From IMG/VR virus record IMGVR_UViG_3300027963_000035, positions 186,001 to 250,000 of that record: a DNA stretch of 64,000 nt. One strand, 5' to 3'. Every line of letters begins with the position of its first letter. The stretch's first letter is position 1. Made by a program: the position numbers and the translations under genes. Shown piece by piece: positions 1-11,694 of this stretch. The notes beneath the pieces were generated by a model that did no database searches, was not told the origin of the DNA, and was given only the letters and a program-made list of their open reading frames with translations.

Positions 1-140
1 TTTATTCCTCAAGTAATTAGAAATATACTGGGGTTTGTTTGTCTTTTATTTTCTGGTTATTTATTGGTGACTGTACCGATACCGATAATCCAACTTTTTT
101 GTTTTATTTCAATTATTTTTTCATACGCATCTATAAAAAT

Positions 141-180
141 AAAAAAACCCACTAGGCTCAATTAAGAACCTAGTGGGTTT
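141..180 (-). terminator. Intrinsic terminator
   Basis: Inverted repeat AAACCCACTAGG/CCTAGTGGGTTT followed by a T-run on the minus strand, just after the 206..898 stop. Confidence 0.75.
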
Positions 181-205
181 GAAATGAGGATACTAGTTCC
201 GTTTT

Positions 206-898
206 TTAACGGAAGATGCCACTCTTGTTCACAATATCGCAAATTGCGAACTTGCTTGCGGTGGGATCATCGCCAAGGCTAGGGTTGGCAATAGCAATCG
301 TGCTAACCTTCTCCAAATAACGATTAACAACAACCGGATCACTCACCTTGCGGAAAAGATCATCAAGGGTTCGCTCACCGGCCGTATACTTAACCGTACG
401 ATCAAGAAGATCACCAACATTGAATCCACCATGCTCTTGAAGAACTTCAATAATATTCTGGACTGTTTCCTCATTATCAAGAACGCTTTTCTTGAAACTA
501 ACAGTCTCCTTGCACTCAACATCAATGCCCATTGATTCAAGATCACTAACCGTGCCTTGATCCAAAGTGCTAACGCTACGGCGGCAATCACATCGTGCAG
601 TAGCAATATCACCATGACCCTCAATACTTTCAGGCTTGGCTCCATCACGAATACCAATCTCGGCAAACTTGGCCCGAATCTGCTCCTTGAGTTCATCCTC
701 AAAAATCTTGAGTTCATTTTCAAGCATGGCCTTAGCCTGCTTCAAAGCACTGACCTTATCGAAAAGATTTACACCATCAACACTACTGGTAGTATTGAAA
801 TCAATCTTTTCGTAATCCTTCTTCTTACTAGCGGCACTGGTCGCCTTAGTATCAACAACGCCACCGAAACCACTACCGGAAGTCTTAGCCTTAGCCAT
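206..898 (-). CDS. Hypothetical phage protein
   Basis: 230-aa ORF with the promoter-like motif upstream and a terminator downstream. Confidence 0.7.
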   Translation of the reverse strand: MAKAKTSGSGFGGVVDTKATSAASKKKDYEKIDFNTTSSVDGVNLFDKVSALKQAKAMLENELKIFEDELKEQIRAKFAEIGIRDGAKPESIEGHGDIATARCDCRRSVSTLDQGTVSDLESMGIDVECKETVSFKKSVLDNEETVQNIIEVLQEHGGFNVGDLLDRTVKYTAGERTLDDLFRKVSDPVVVNRYLEKVSTIAIANPSLGDDPTASKFAICDIVNKSGIFR

Positions 899-952
899 TG
901 TATTTTTATCCCTATATGATTTATCTTGCTACACGGAACACCCGCATAGCAC

Positions 953-972
953 CACCGTACCAGAAAGAAACT
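953..972 (-). promoter_or_regulatory. Conserved 20-bp phage promoter-like motif (1)
   Basis: + strand caccgtaccagaaagaaact; overlaps the TAG stop of the upstream ORF. Confidence 0.7.
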
Positions 973-1252
973 ACTTCGAGTTAATAGTCAAACTACCAAT
1001 AAAAGGCTTCAGTTTAAGTTTAGCCAATTTTGTAGTAGAACCAAGTTTAATATCAGAATCTTCTGAATGAACCACAATACCAACATTTTTCTTATCTGTA
1101 ATCATCCACAATACTTGTTTAGGATGATCTTCCCATTCAACAATCTTAGATTGTTCCAATAGCAATTGAACTTTAGCTTCTTTGCTTAATTCGATCACAG
1201 ATGGAATATCTGGTTGAACATCTGGATTATGAGGATCAGTCATTTTGTTTCC

Positions 1253-2590
1253 TTACTGTAAGTCATTGTATCGAATAACATCACCAAAAGGAGGCTTAAC
1301 ATCACTGGTCAATACCCACAATGTATTGAACTTTTTAGGATCTTCTCCAAATTCCCCATAACCATCTGTGAAAAATACACAATAATCAGGGCGAATCTTT
1401 TTGTCAACAAGATGCTTGAACACCGGAACGAAATCAGTCCCGCCACCACCCTGCAAACAAGGCAGGGGTTGATTGCTATTAATCCAACGACCAGTGTAAA
1501 CATCTGCATCGCAGTCCATAAAGTAAATATTAGCATTCAATTGCTTTCGGATACCATCAAGTTCCGAAATAGCATTTTTGAGATCTTCTTCACTCATGCT
1601 GCCACTTGTATCAATGGCGTATGCAATCTTAGGCTGATTAGGCCCGTGATAACTCGGGAACACGAAATCACGATCAAGGAATCGCTTGTTAGGCATACTC
1701 CAATTAGTATCGGCCTTGGCAAGACGGTCAGTTCCAAACCTGAGTTTCTCACGCAACTTACTAAGCCAATCAATCTTGGGACGAAGATGACTGACAATCA
1801 TACGCTCCATACCAGCAGGAAGCAAACCCTGACTCTTACTGATGTTGAAGGCGTCCGAAACTGCTCGACGTACATAGTCTTTCATTTCACGACTAATTTG
1901 TTCCTTATTCTTACCGTTCTTCTTAGGAAGAGGAACTCGTCGCTCACGAATATCTACATACTTCTTGCCATCACCATCACCATCTTGATTATCTTCGCCT
2001 TCATTTTCATCGAACGATTCAATAAAAATATCAATCTTGATTTTTGGAAGTTTATCGGCTTCCTTTTCAATGATATTGTAGATTTGCTCAACATTCATCT
2101 TGTCATACTTGTTCTCAGATGAATTAACATCCCAATTCTTATCAAAGCAAATCTTATCAATGATTGGAAAATACTCTTTGCTTCCAAACTGATAATACAA
2201 GAAAAGATTAATCGCATAGTCTGCGGCCTTATTCCACAGAACATGATTTCGATTCATAATTCTTGAACTATGTTCAAAAATAAAGTGACCAATCTCATGT
2301 GCAACAAGAAACAAGAATTGCTTATTGTCAAGAGAATTGACGAAATTGAGATTAAAGATGATATGGCCGTTCTTATCAATACCAGCGGTAGGGATAAAAT
2401 TATCATCCTTGGTCAAACTATATCGACACCTTTCACTAACACTTCCAAAGAATGGAAAATGATGAGCGAATCCAAAGATAATAACATCAAGTTTCTTTCG
2501 GAAACTATCCTGTTCTTCTTTGGTGACTGTGGAGAATAGATCGACTACTTCCTTCTTAGCCTTACTCTTTTTTGCAAGTGCTTGTGACAT
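1253..2590 (-). CDS. Metallopeptidase-like plus VWA domain protein (DUF2201-like)
   Basis: HEIGH zinc motif, AADYAIN, C-terminal MIDAS DTSGS...GGGGTDF...FTDG. Confidence 0.85.
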   Translation of the reverse strand: MSQALAKKSKAKKEVVDLFSTVTKEEQDSFRKKLDVIIFGFAHHFPFFGSVSERCRYSLTKDDNFIPTAGIDKNGHIIFNLNFVNSLDNKQFLFLVAHEIGHFIFEHSSRIMNRNHVLWNKAADYAINLFLYYQFGSKEYFPIIDKICFDKNWDVNSSENKYDKMNVEQIYNIIEKEADKLPKIKIDIFIESFDENEGEDNQDGDGDGKKYVDIRERRVPLPKKNGKNKEQISREMKDYVRRAVSDAFNISKSQGLLPAGMERMIVSHLRPKIDWLSKLREKLRFGTDRLAKADTNWSMPNKRFLDRDFVFPSYHGPNQPKIAYAIDTSGSMSEEDLKNAISELDGIRKQLNANIYFMDCDADVYTGRWINSNQPLPCLQGGGGTDFVPVFKHLVDKKIRPDYCVFFTDGYGEFGEDPKKFNTLWVLTSDVKPPFGDVIRYNDLQ

Positions 2591-2666
2591 TGTTATTTCT
2601 TCCTGATTATTTCGATTATTCCGCTCAGTATTCCGAGTAATGACATCATTGTAGTATGTTGCTCCT

Positions 2667-3725
2667 TTATGCGAGCATCATGCTACTGGAAATAAGTTCC
2701 TGATTCTTTTCAAGCCACTTACTCACCATATCGCTCTTGTAGCAAAGATCACGAATCTTATCATTGGTCAGAACACGACGAATAAACAACGCACCCGGCT
2801 CAGGACTAATATCAATTACGACCTTCATGCAGTTATCAAGAATCTTAGCAGGAGTCTTGCTAGAAAGCAAGGTGCTTGCAAGATTATTAGCAACAGCATA
2901 ACTGACGCTGATCCTCTTGTTATCTTCCTTCCACTTACTCTTTCCGGCAATAAGATCTTCCATGTTGGGAAGATTCTTGCAAATATCAAGATAACTCAGA
3001 AGTTCAGTAGCAGGACTTCCGACACAGGCACGAATATCGGCAAGATTCTTGCTACCGGCAAACAAATGCTTGCTGACATACCCCCAACTACGAGGATTCG
3101 TACTCACGCTATATTCATCGCTTCGATCTTGGAGAAGCAAATCCTTCCTCCAACTAATGAAGCCGATAACATCCTCATGAACATTGCTCTTGATTGCCCA
3201 ATCAACCCAAGTATCATAATCTGGAGTGTAATCATAGACCGCAAATCGGTCAAGAAGGGCTCCACTAAGAGGATGAACATGGCACTTATCTTCTGCCCGA
3301 TTACCAGCAGCAACAATATACCAATCCTTGCCAAGATGGTGAGGCCCAACCTTGCGGTCAAGAACCAACTGCAATGCCGCATTTTGAGTTGATGGGGGAG
3401 CAGTATTAATTTCATCAAGGAAGATAATTCCTCGACCCTGCCACGGGATGAACTCTGGCCTAACCCATTCAACATGGGTTGCAGTCCCCTTTTCATTCTT
3501 CTGAATGATAGGGAGTCCACGAAGATCAATACTGTCGAGGATATTAAGGCGAAGATCAATCATCATATCATCATCGCCATCACGACTCTGATGAACCTGT
3601 TCGCTCTTACCAATGCCGGGAGGGCCAAAGATCATCATAGGAAGATTGATGTTGCGATTACGACGAACAACATCAGTGATTCGGCCGTTGATAAGATTCT
3701 TATGAAGATTCAATCCGTCGCTCAT
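2667..3725 (-). CDS. MoxR-like AAA+ ATPase
   Basis: Walker A GPPGIGKS, Walker B IIFLDE, AAGN and LLDRF motifs; adjacent to the VWA gene. Confidence 0.88.
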   Translation of the reverse strand: MSDGLNLHKNLINGRITDVVRRNRNINLPMMIFGPPGIGKSEQVHQSRDGDDDMMIDLRLNILDSIDLRGLPIIQKNEKGTATHVEWVRPEFIPWQGRGIIFLDEINTAPPSTQNAALQLVLDRKVGPHHLGKDWYIVAAGNRAEDKCHVHPLSGALLDRFAVYDYTPDYDTWVDWAIKSNVHEDVIGFISWRKDLLLQDRSDEYSVSTNPRSWGYVSKHLFAGSKNLADIRACVGSPATELLSYLDICKNLPNMEDLIAGKSKWKEDNKRISVSYAVANNLASTLLSSKTPAKILDNCMKVVIDISPEPGALFIRRVLTNDKIRDLCYKSDMVSKWLEKNQELISSSMMLA

Positions 3726-3789
3726 TATTCAACCCTTGTAAAGTGGAAATTAGATTATCGCCAATAACCCTTGGCGACCTGCACTGGTC

Positions 3790-3809
3790 AACCGTACCGG
3801 AGGGAAACT
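3790..3809 (-). promoter_or_regulatory. Conserved promoter-like motif (2)
   Basis: aaccgtaccggagggaaact upstream of the AAA gene. Confidence 0.72.
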
Positions 3810-4151
3810 TTACCAAAAATTACTCATCCCAACTATCCCAACTATCTTCTTCTTTTTTGAAATATTCTTCAATCCACCAACCAACCCAGTTATTGATTTC
3901 TTTTTTCTTTTCTTCACTAAGATTTTCATACTTTATAAAACTACCGAGGAGATCATTTTTTCCATCGGCACTATAGAGTGTCATTTTAAAAGTATATCCA
4001 TAAATATCTGTATATCCACCTTCTTTTGGAGAATATTCTGTTTCTGGTTCGTAAGGAATATACTCGCAATCAACATCGCAAACAAAACTTGCGAGAATAT
4101 TTTCTCCGAACAATTCACCATTATCAGTTTCGATAATAACTTCACGAATAC

Positions 4152-4730
4152 TCATGCTTCATCGTCTGTTGGGATATCATAGACATCTTCGTAGTCATAT
4201 TGATGGCAATTTTCCTCGATTTCATCGTAATATTCACCAAACAATATGTCAGAAAGACTTTCGCTGACCGATACCCTCGCACCAGTACCATTTGCAGCCG
4301 TACATTCGTTCCACTCTGGCTCATTGTTATGATCAATTTCAATATCGCAACAGTAATCATCTGTTACGAAGTATTTAATTTCTTCTATATTTTCTTCCGA
4401 CCAAGAACTTGAATAACCTGGTGAATAGCAAAGGATAGACTCAAGTTCTTTTGACTCATTTTTTGTTACAAAATCAATATAAGCTTTAACAAATCTTTTG
4501 TTCATACTATTGTAGGTGTTCTCAATCATCCTCAAAAGTATTTCACTATGCAGTCTATCGCAAAGTCGGTCTTTTTTGATCTTCACAGCATACAGACAGG
4601 CATACTTTGGGGAAACTGATGAAAAGACTAGCCCTTCATCTTCCCCGGAGTATGATCCTTTCAAAACATTGAGAGCATACAAGTATGCAAATTTTGGATT
4701 GAATTCTATGTTATATGTGAAATTTCTCAT
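4152..4730 (-). CDS. Hypothetical protein with shared YA-x-KxRL helical module
   Basis: YACLYAVKIKKDRLCDRLHSEILL resembles segments of other ORFs in the window. Confidence 0.55.
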   Translation of the reverse strand: MRNFTYNIEFNPKFAYLYALNVLKGSYSGEDEGLVFSSVSPKYACLYAVKIKKDRLCDRLHSEILLRMIENTYNSMNKRFVKAYIDFVTKNESKELESILCYSPGYSSSWSEENIEEIKYFVTDDYCCDIEIDHNNEPEWNECTAANGTGARVSVSESLSDILFGEYYDEIEENCHQYDYEDVYDIPTDDEA

Positions 4731-5567
4731 TCATCATCAATGATAGATGGTAAGAATATCATCCACAACACGAACAAAATAACTGTGGGAGATCTTACAC
4801 TTGGTCAATCCATCTTCTTCGATATTAGACCAAATATTGATTCTATAGTTATATCCGAAAACATTTACAACCTTGATCTTGAAATAATTCTTTGGCTTTT
4901 CAACCTGCTTGAAAAGCAAATTAAGAACTTGGTCGTCACTGATACTAACCGCCTCATTTTTATCCATGTTTTCCTTTACTTTTTCAGCTTTAAGCTTCAC
5001 TGTATTTATCCTTTCTTTAAATAAACCTGTGAGGTTTACAAACAAAAAATCTTAAAATCTTACCCAAATTATACTCGTTTTTGCTCTTGATTATCTTAAC
5101 AGTATCGTGGTCTAGTATCTTGACTTTATCATCTGGGCTCATTGTTAGTTCGCACATTTCGCCCCAAAAAAGACCTAATTCACTATCATGATATTCTATG
5201 TCATGGCAAGGGCTATAAAGTCGATCTTCATTATGATCAATTTCTATAAAAATATGATCGTTATTAAAATGCTCCAGAATTTCTTTGAGTGAAATTTCTC
5301 TAAAACAATCTATGCCCTTATTTTTAGCCATTTTTTAGATAAAAATTGCCTTTGATGGCTACTACTTGATCATTCATTTCTTCAATGAATCTACCAATTG
5401 TTGTATGAGAAGGATCAATTTGTAGATGTATCGACTGTTCTAGACTTAACTTCACACCAGTTTTAAATAATTCATAGTAATAAGACTCCCCTACGCCAGA
5501 GGATAACAACCTTTTGCAAAGTTGCACATAATCTTCGGCAACCATGAATTATTTCTATTAAAAATGT

Positions 5568-5879
5568 TTATCGAAGTTGTTCCGAAAGCACAGTATATGC
5601 TGCAATAATTTTTTTAGCAACTATCGGATCACCACCTCTATCTGGGTGGTGAATTTTCATTAGATTTCTATACGAATTATTCAGCATTTCAATGGTGGGC
5701 ATTTCATTAAAACCCATCACAGAAAGAGGATTATTATTCTTGATTTGCTTTCTGGCTTCATCAAGATTCATCTTTTCTGTAAAAGTTTGGTTCCACTCTT
5801 TTACATTTCCCCTGCCGTGTGAATCGTCATAGGTTTTATAGCGAGAAAAAATATCACTAAAGTTTCTTTTCTTAGCCAT
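5568..5879 (-). CDS. DnaJ (J-domain) protein
   Basis: C-terminal YRNLMKIHHPDRGGD...IIAAY with HPD motif; start placed at ATG 5879. Confidence 0.8.
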   Translation of the reverse strand: MAKKRNFSDIFSRYKTYDDSHGRGNVKEWNQTFTEKMNLDEARKQIKNNNPLSVMGFNEMPTIEMLNNSYRNLMKIHHPDRGGDPIVAKKIIAAYTVLSEQLR

Positions 5880-6113
5880 TTTCTTTCCTGAAACTATCCA
5901 GCATTTTAGTTCGTTGTTTTTCACTATCTCTGATTAGATCAACAACCTTGCCAAGATTTGTGTCAAGGTTTGTTTCAATTCTTTGGATTTCTCTTTGGAT
6001 TTCTTTGAGCCTATCTCTCAATAAAACGAAAGGCTTGAGAACGTCCTCGACTAACAAGTTTGTGATTTCAGAGGGGATAAGCATTTAATTTAATTTAACC
6101 AAATCAAGCAAAT

Positions 6114-6195
6114 TGAACCATAGGGAGTCGAACCCTTCCTTACCGGCCGCCCATTAGAAGGAACTGTTAATAAGACAGTTGGCTGCGAATAGTTC
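6114..6195 (-). ncRNA. D-armless tRNA-like RNA
   Basis: Acceptor-like GAACTAT/ATGGTTC-A, AACTGT-CTTATTA-ACAGTT arm, CCTT/AAGG long arm, T-arm AGGG-TTCGACT-CCCT; about 23 nt downstream of promoter motif 3. Confidence 0.55.
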
Positions 6196-6218
6196 TACAT
6201 TTGTTCAGGACAACCCAC

Positions 6219-6238
6219 AACCGTACCAGAGGGAAACT
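6219..6238 (-). promoter_or_regulatory. Conserved promoter-like motif (3)
   Basis: aaccgtaccagagggaaact. Confidence 0.72.
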
Positions 6239-7032
6239 TGATCCTCTTGATCCTAGTCGCTACTATCGCAACCATAAATATTGCCACATTCACTGCATTC
6301 ATGAACGTGCCAACAATTTCCAAGATGCTTAATACCTCTGTAATTACATTCTTGGAAACTCAGTTCGTGATATTTGTGATCACAACCAAAATGAAATACA
6401 CGAACTTTACCCTCCCAATAATCATTGGTAATAGCATATCCATGATGTTCGTCAATGTAATACAAATTGAAATCATGATAAGTATCCCGGCCTTCATGAA
6501 GAATTTCACCGGTCTTTTCATCTCTAGTAGACAAACTCTTAATTATGAATTGGCGAAATTCTTTATGGAAGAAACTATGGACGCTAAAATATGGACTTCT
6601 GGCCCATTCTTTCTCTGTGATTTCTCTCAGGTTAGGAGGGGCATCATTATATCCACCAAACTTAGTTGAGTCAAATTCTGCAATGGTTGTCATTTTAATT
6701 TCTCTTTTTAGTACCAACTTACAAGTCGATGACCATTCATAGCGTGTGCTATCCACATTTCAACGAAATCTTCGTACTCTTTTTCGTCAATGGGATATTC
6801 AAAATACTTCTTTGCCTTACCATACCCAACATTGCGAAGAATGTCTGCGACTTTCATCACATCATCAACTTCAATAATGTCTGAGTAAAGACTTACTCCT
6901 GTCAATTTTTCTACAAAACTATTGTAGACCTTGCCACGAAAACTTTGATTTCCATTACCGCTACAAATGCCGCCACTAACATTATATTCCCCATCAATGT
7001 TTGCTGGCTTTCCATCTTCCATTTGCCAGTAA

Positions 7033-7725
7033 TTATCCAATCCCACTAGTATTCTCCTTCAAGAAATCTTGACCATAAGTTTCAATCCAGCACTTAGCAG
7101 GATTATAATAACTTTGCTGCTTTGCCATCGCACTCAACAATATTTTTTTGTGAAAATCCTTCTTATCTTTTTCTTTAAGAATCTTCATATATTCTTGTAT
7201 CTTAGTATATCCTTGGTCTAAAATCCATTTTTCTGCCATCTTCCACCTTCTATTTTTCAAGAAGGTTTTTGCATAATCAACATTCCTGCTTGAACAAGCA
7301 ATCTTATTTTCAACTGACTTTTTGAGTCTTTCTTTTGAAATGTTTTTTGCATAAAGAAAACTATAATTAGTATCCCAACGGGGATTAAAAATAGATCCCT
7401 CTGCTTTATTATTCTCAGCGAGTTTGAACCTTCCCTTGATAACAAACCTTGAATAAGAGTAACTGCTATATGCTTCTTTTGCGATAATAGATTCTGCTTC
7501 CGGCCAACGCTTTTTCAATACATATCGAGCATAAAGATAACTACTTCGGGGACATTGAAGAATTGTTTTCTCAGCCTTGGGCCAAGGCTTCATCAGAACG
7601 TATCGAGCATATTCACATGCCTTATGTGCTGCTTCGTATTTGTAAGGAATAGCATTAAGAATAATATTTTCTGCTTGCTTATTCTTCCTTGAAACATACA
7701 TATCAATTCTAATTCTCATACTCAC
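7033..7725 (-). CDS. Helical repeat protein (YARYVLKKRWPEAE family)
   Basis: About 24-aa repeats similar to those of 33518..34396. Confidence 0.65.
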   Translation of the reverse strand: MSMRIRIDMYVSRKNKQAENIILNAIPYKYEAAHKACEYARYVLMKPWPKAEKTILQCPRSSYLYARYVLKKRWPEAESIIAKEAYSSYSYSRFVIKGRFKLAENNKAEGSIFNPRWDTNYSFLYAKNISKERLKKSVENKIACSSRNVDYAKTFLKNRRWKMAEKWILDQGYTKIQEYMKILKEKDKKDFHKKILLSAMAKQQSYYNPAKCWIETYGQDFLKENTSGIG

Positions 7726-8241
7726 AATCCTTGCTTGTAATTAAGTGTATTATTTTCCCAATTTTTATTCTTTTCAAAACTACTCAATATCTTCCACTTA
7801 TCATATCTTGATTTCAAAAGTGGAAAGTCATCCATAAAGAAATAGAATCCAATATTCATTGGACATTTTCCGAATTTATGACCGGGACAACCACTACCTG
7901 TATGGAATCCCCTGAATCCTTTATAGCCAAAAAGATGCTGGTCTGCGTCGGTGAGATGCCCTATACGGCAATATGGATTTTGATTAGAATTTACAAGACA
8001 ACTAATACTACCGATCCAGCCGTTATATCCCGTTGGTATATGTTTCTTATAACCGCCCCAATTAGTTTCTTCATTCAAAGGAGATCCATGATAATTGCTA
8101 ACGGTATCAAATCTTAATTCTATTTTAAGATTTGATATTGCGGTATCATAGAATTCTTTCGATTTAGTGACAAGCATATCGCCAAGATCACTAACCCGCT
8201 CCAGATTAAGCCGGATATAATCGGAGTTTTCCATATCCTCA

Positions 8242-8261
8242 AACCGTACCGGAGGGAAACT
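8242..8261 (-). promoter_or_regulatory. Conserved promoter-like motif (4)
   Basis: aaccgtaccggagggaaact, 7 nt from ATG 8234. Confidence 0.72.
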
Positions 8262-8266
8262 TCCGG

Positions 8267-8479
8267 CTACTTTTGGAAAACGTTTATAATATCCCCGATA
8301 TTTTCTATCTGAAGAATTTCGTCCTCGGTCAATCTCTTGCCTAATTCTTCTTCTATGGCAAACAGCATTTCAACTTTAGCGAAACTATCTTCCACTAATT
8401 CTGAAAGATTAGTATCTTTGCTAACTTCCTTGTCAAACTTGCTGAAGATGATATCTTTAATTCTTTCTTCCATTGACAT
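8267..8479 (-). CDS. Acyl carrier protein-like
   Basis: Small acidic protein with LVEDSFAKVEMLFAIEEELG (ACP DSL/helix II pattern) and IENIGDII. Confidence 0.75.
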   Translation of the reverse strand: MSMEERIKDIIFSKFDKEVSKDTNLSELVEDSFAKVEMLFAIEEELGKRLTEDEILQIENIGDIINVFQK

Positions 8480-10340
8480 CCCTGTATTCTATGTCTTTGA
8501 GAATTTCTCGCTGTGTTTCAATTAGTGTGTCGGCAACACCACAAGATGAATCCATATTTCGTTTCCACTCATAATGCTTTTCAACACGCTTGACATTATA
8601 TCCACGTTCAAGACAAAATTTTTGAAGTTCTTGAAATTTCATAGATATCTCCTATTACAAATTATCAATATTTTTTTCAATGAAATCAGCAATATCATTG
8701 AATGAATATTCACCATCATTCATTTCAGTTAGGTATGCTTTGCCAAGCAAATCGCTTTTGACATATCCAATATCCGATCCGATTCCTGCCCAATTTCGAA
8801 CCTTTTTAGATAAAGCGCCAGTGCTGCCGTCAAAAGTATGAATGCTATCTTTATCGCTTAACTCGCCAATCCACATCAAAGATTCTTCGATATTTTCTTC
8901 TTTATTAGATTCATAGTAAATTTCACAAAGAACGCCCAAACAACAGTGGGAGGTTTTACCTTCTACGGTTCTTTTAAGATAATTTTTACCCTGAGTATAG
9001 TCACCAGATCGTAATGCTTCGGCCCACTTTTCTGCTATTTCTTTTTTCATTTTATTTTCTTAATCAAATCCTAACAGAATATAAAATCAAATATCTGTAT
9101 ATAAGTTGGAGGACAAAATGAAATACAGATTGTTAGTGATTTTTTTAGTTTCTTTTTTAATTGGATCGTTTTCCCTTAATGTGATTCACTATGAAGCCAT
9201 GATTAGAGCAGAAAACGATAAAAAGTTCAATGAAAATTTCTATTCAGAAATTATAAACAAATTACATAAGAGAATAATAGAGTCAGAAATTTAATGTATT
9301 GGGTTTATTTTTTCCACCAATTGGCATCATCATTGTCCTCGTTGTGAATATCTAATCTTTTTGATTCTAGTTTGACTATTTCATAAAGAGCATCTAATTG
9401 GTCTGAAAGAATATCTACTCTTTTAGATAAGAGACTATTAATTTCATCTTGTAGTTTCATTTCTTTTTGAATATTTCTAGATAAAATCGCAACTGTGCAG
9501 ACAATGCCGATCAGATAACTGATGATGAAAATCAAAATGTCTGTGGTTGTCATTATTACTCTATAAGCACTTTAATCTGGGCATTCAATTATTAGATGGG
9601 AATCGTCATTGGCGTAACATTCTACTTGAGTTTTTTGATTGATAAGTGTTTCTGTAGTATTTCGTGCAAAAACTCTTAACAACTCCCTTAGATCATCTAC
9701 ATCCAGGTCTGTTTTAATACGGAAACAATAATGACGATAAGTTTGAGACTTTATTCTTTCTATTGCACCGTCAAGATTTTTACTGAGAAGAATTAAATGA
9801 TCTTTTATTTTCCTGACACATTTTAACTCTTTTTTATCAAGATGCCAATCAAAATAAACTACACGGATCTTTTTCTTTAGAAATTTTTCAATTTCTTTTA
9901 GATCTTTTTCCACCGCTTCTTTCAGCAGGGTTTTTGGGTCAACGAAATTGTCAAGTAGTTTTTTATTCATTTACTTGAATTTTGTCATCTACAATAAAAG
10001 AATCAATAAATTTAGCCAGTTCTTTTAGTTCATTTCTGGTGATCGGAGGTTGAACATAATGGCTGCTTAAACTAATGTTAAGATTATCTCCATTTTCCTT
10101 TAAATGAAAAATGAAATTTTGGCCGGTGTAAGTGTGCTTGGTTTCCATTAGTTATCATCCTTAACAATTTAGTAACTGCACTCTTTTAGGTCACGCTCAA
10201 TAGTCTTTTCAATTAGTTCATTAATAAATTCTAAATCATAAACTTTCATGTTGTATTCTTCCATGAGTTTAAGAATTTTTTCACCTAGTTCGCAGAAATT
10301 GTTTTCCATAACCTAGGCTCCTAGTAAGGACATTGGGGCG

Positions 10341-10718
10341 TTAGACTGAAACTTCTTCTTCGTCTTTCATTTCAAAGACTGTGGGGGCTTTAAAATCCCT
10401 ATTTCCCGTCATCCAACTCTTGATCTTCATTTCACGAAAGTAATCACTAACTGTGGGGATAAATCCCAAATCTTCTTTAACGTGCTGTTCACCAATAAAA
10501 CGAACAGGAATTTCTCTGCCGTTACTATTGGTGATTGTAATGCCGAAAATCTTTTCACACATAAAGATTCCTTCGCTATGATGCCTTAAAGCACGATGGC
10601 GAATATCGGCCATATGACTCTTGCTTTCATCAAACCAATCATGAATGGCCTGATAATCGGCGGGAATTCCTCCCCACTTTTTAGCACTACTGATAGAGTG
10701 ATGATATGGGTGAGACAT
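10341..10718 (-). CDS. Conserved His-rich phage hypothetical protein
   Basis: HPYHHSISSAKKWGG...HRALRHH...GEQHVKEDLG. Confidence 0.6.
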   Translation of the reverse strand: MSHPYHHSISSAKKWGGIPADYQAIHDWFDESKSHMADIRHRALRHHSEGIFMCEKIFGITITNSNGREIPVRFIGEQHVKEDLGFIPTVSDYFREMKIKSWMTGNRDFKAPTVFEMKDEEEVSV

Positions 10719-10993
10719 TACTTCAGCCTCTTGTTCTTAGGACGATTATCGGCAATGGCAGTATTGCCGTGAATCTCACTAGGATCAAGATTACAACCGT
10801 TCAAAAGATGCTTGCAATATCGGCGGCTACAATATGCAGGGCAAGAACAACCCCAACGACCAGATTCCTTATTCTGTGCAACAATATAGATGCGATTGCT
10901 GCTTTCGCTGCGAATCTGAATACGGTTAGTCCACTGTGCATTATCTGGCAGACTAACACCACCAGCCGGCATACGAATCGTAATATCACTCAT
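10718..10993 (-). CDS. SWIM zinc-finger protein
   Basis: CSCPAY...CKH motif. Confidence 0.7.
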   Translation of the reverse strand: MSDITIRMPAGGVSLPDNAQWTNRIQIRSESSNRIYIVAQNKESGRWGCSCPAYCSRRYCKHLLNGCNLDPSEIHGNTAIADNRPKNKRLK

Positions 10994-11032
10994 TTATTTT
11001 TCTCCTGTATTTGTGAAGTCTACCCGATACCA

Positions 11033-11052
11033 AACCGTACCGCAGGGAAACC
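11033..11052 (-). promoter_or_regulatory. Conserved promoter-like motif (5)
   Basis: aaccgtaccgcagggaaacc. Confidence 0.68.
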
Positions 11053-11072
11053 AGGAGGGCAAGGAGGGGGGA

Positions 11073-11687
11073 TTATATTTCAAGACTACAAGTTTCTAAT
11101 TCATTTAAGCATCTAAAATTAGTTCCATTGACTGTCATTTGCCAACTCTTATGGTAGTGTCCAAAATACCAACTTTTTGGTTGGTAAATATTAAACAATT
11201 CTTGCAAGAAATATCCTGTTTGATTTTGATACATCTGAGTATGTGGATCCAACAAATAAGGAGAAATAGTTTCCGGACAATCATGCGTGAGCATAATATC
11301 CGGCTTGATGCTTCTATAAAGTTCCCTAGCCTTCATGAATTGTTCAACAGACACTTGTTCTTCTGACCACCAATCAATTCCGATAGTTCTGTATTGTTTA
11401 TCAATACTATATGCTCCACGGTAGTAGAAAAAATCTATTCCGTTGAAATTAACCATGTATCCATAGTCGCCAAGATAATGTGGAATATTAATTATTTTTG
11501 AATAGTTATCGTGATTACCGCCGACAATAACAAACTTTTTTGGATCGACATTATCTAATGTAGAAAAATCGAAACCCAGGTCGCCAATTTGGACTATGTA
11601 TTCATGACGATCTTTCTCACGAATTATTTCGTGCATACGTCTATATTTGCCGTGAACATCACCCAAAATAGTAATAATTTTTTTCAT
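11073..11687 (-). CDS. Calcineurin-like metallophosphoesterase
   Basis: GDVHG, GDLG, GNHD, THD and FGHYH motifs. Confidence 0.88.
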   Translation of the reverse strand: MKKIITILGDVHGKYRRMHEIIREKDRHEYIVQIGDLGFDFSTLDNVDPKKFVIVGGNHDNYSKIINIPHYLGDYGYMVNFNGIDFFYYRGAYSIDKQYRTIGIDWWSEEQVSVEQFMKARELYRSIKPDIMLTHDCPETISPYLLDPHTQMYQNQTGYFLQELFNIYQPKSWYFGHYHKSWQMTVNGTNFRCLNELETCSLEI

Positions 11688-11694
11688 AAAAAAT

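Noticed and set aside
1412-3767. Long + strand ORFs antisense to the VWA and AAA genes (and similar shadow ORFs elsewhere)
   Set aside because: Antisense shadows of well-supported genes, with no recognisable motifs
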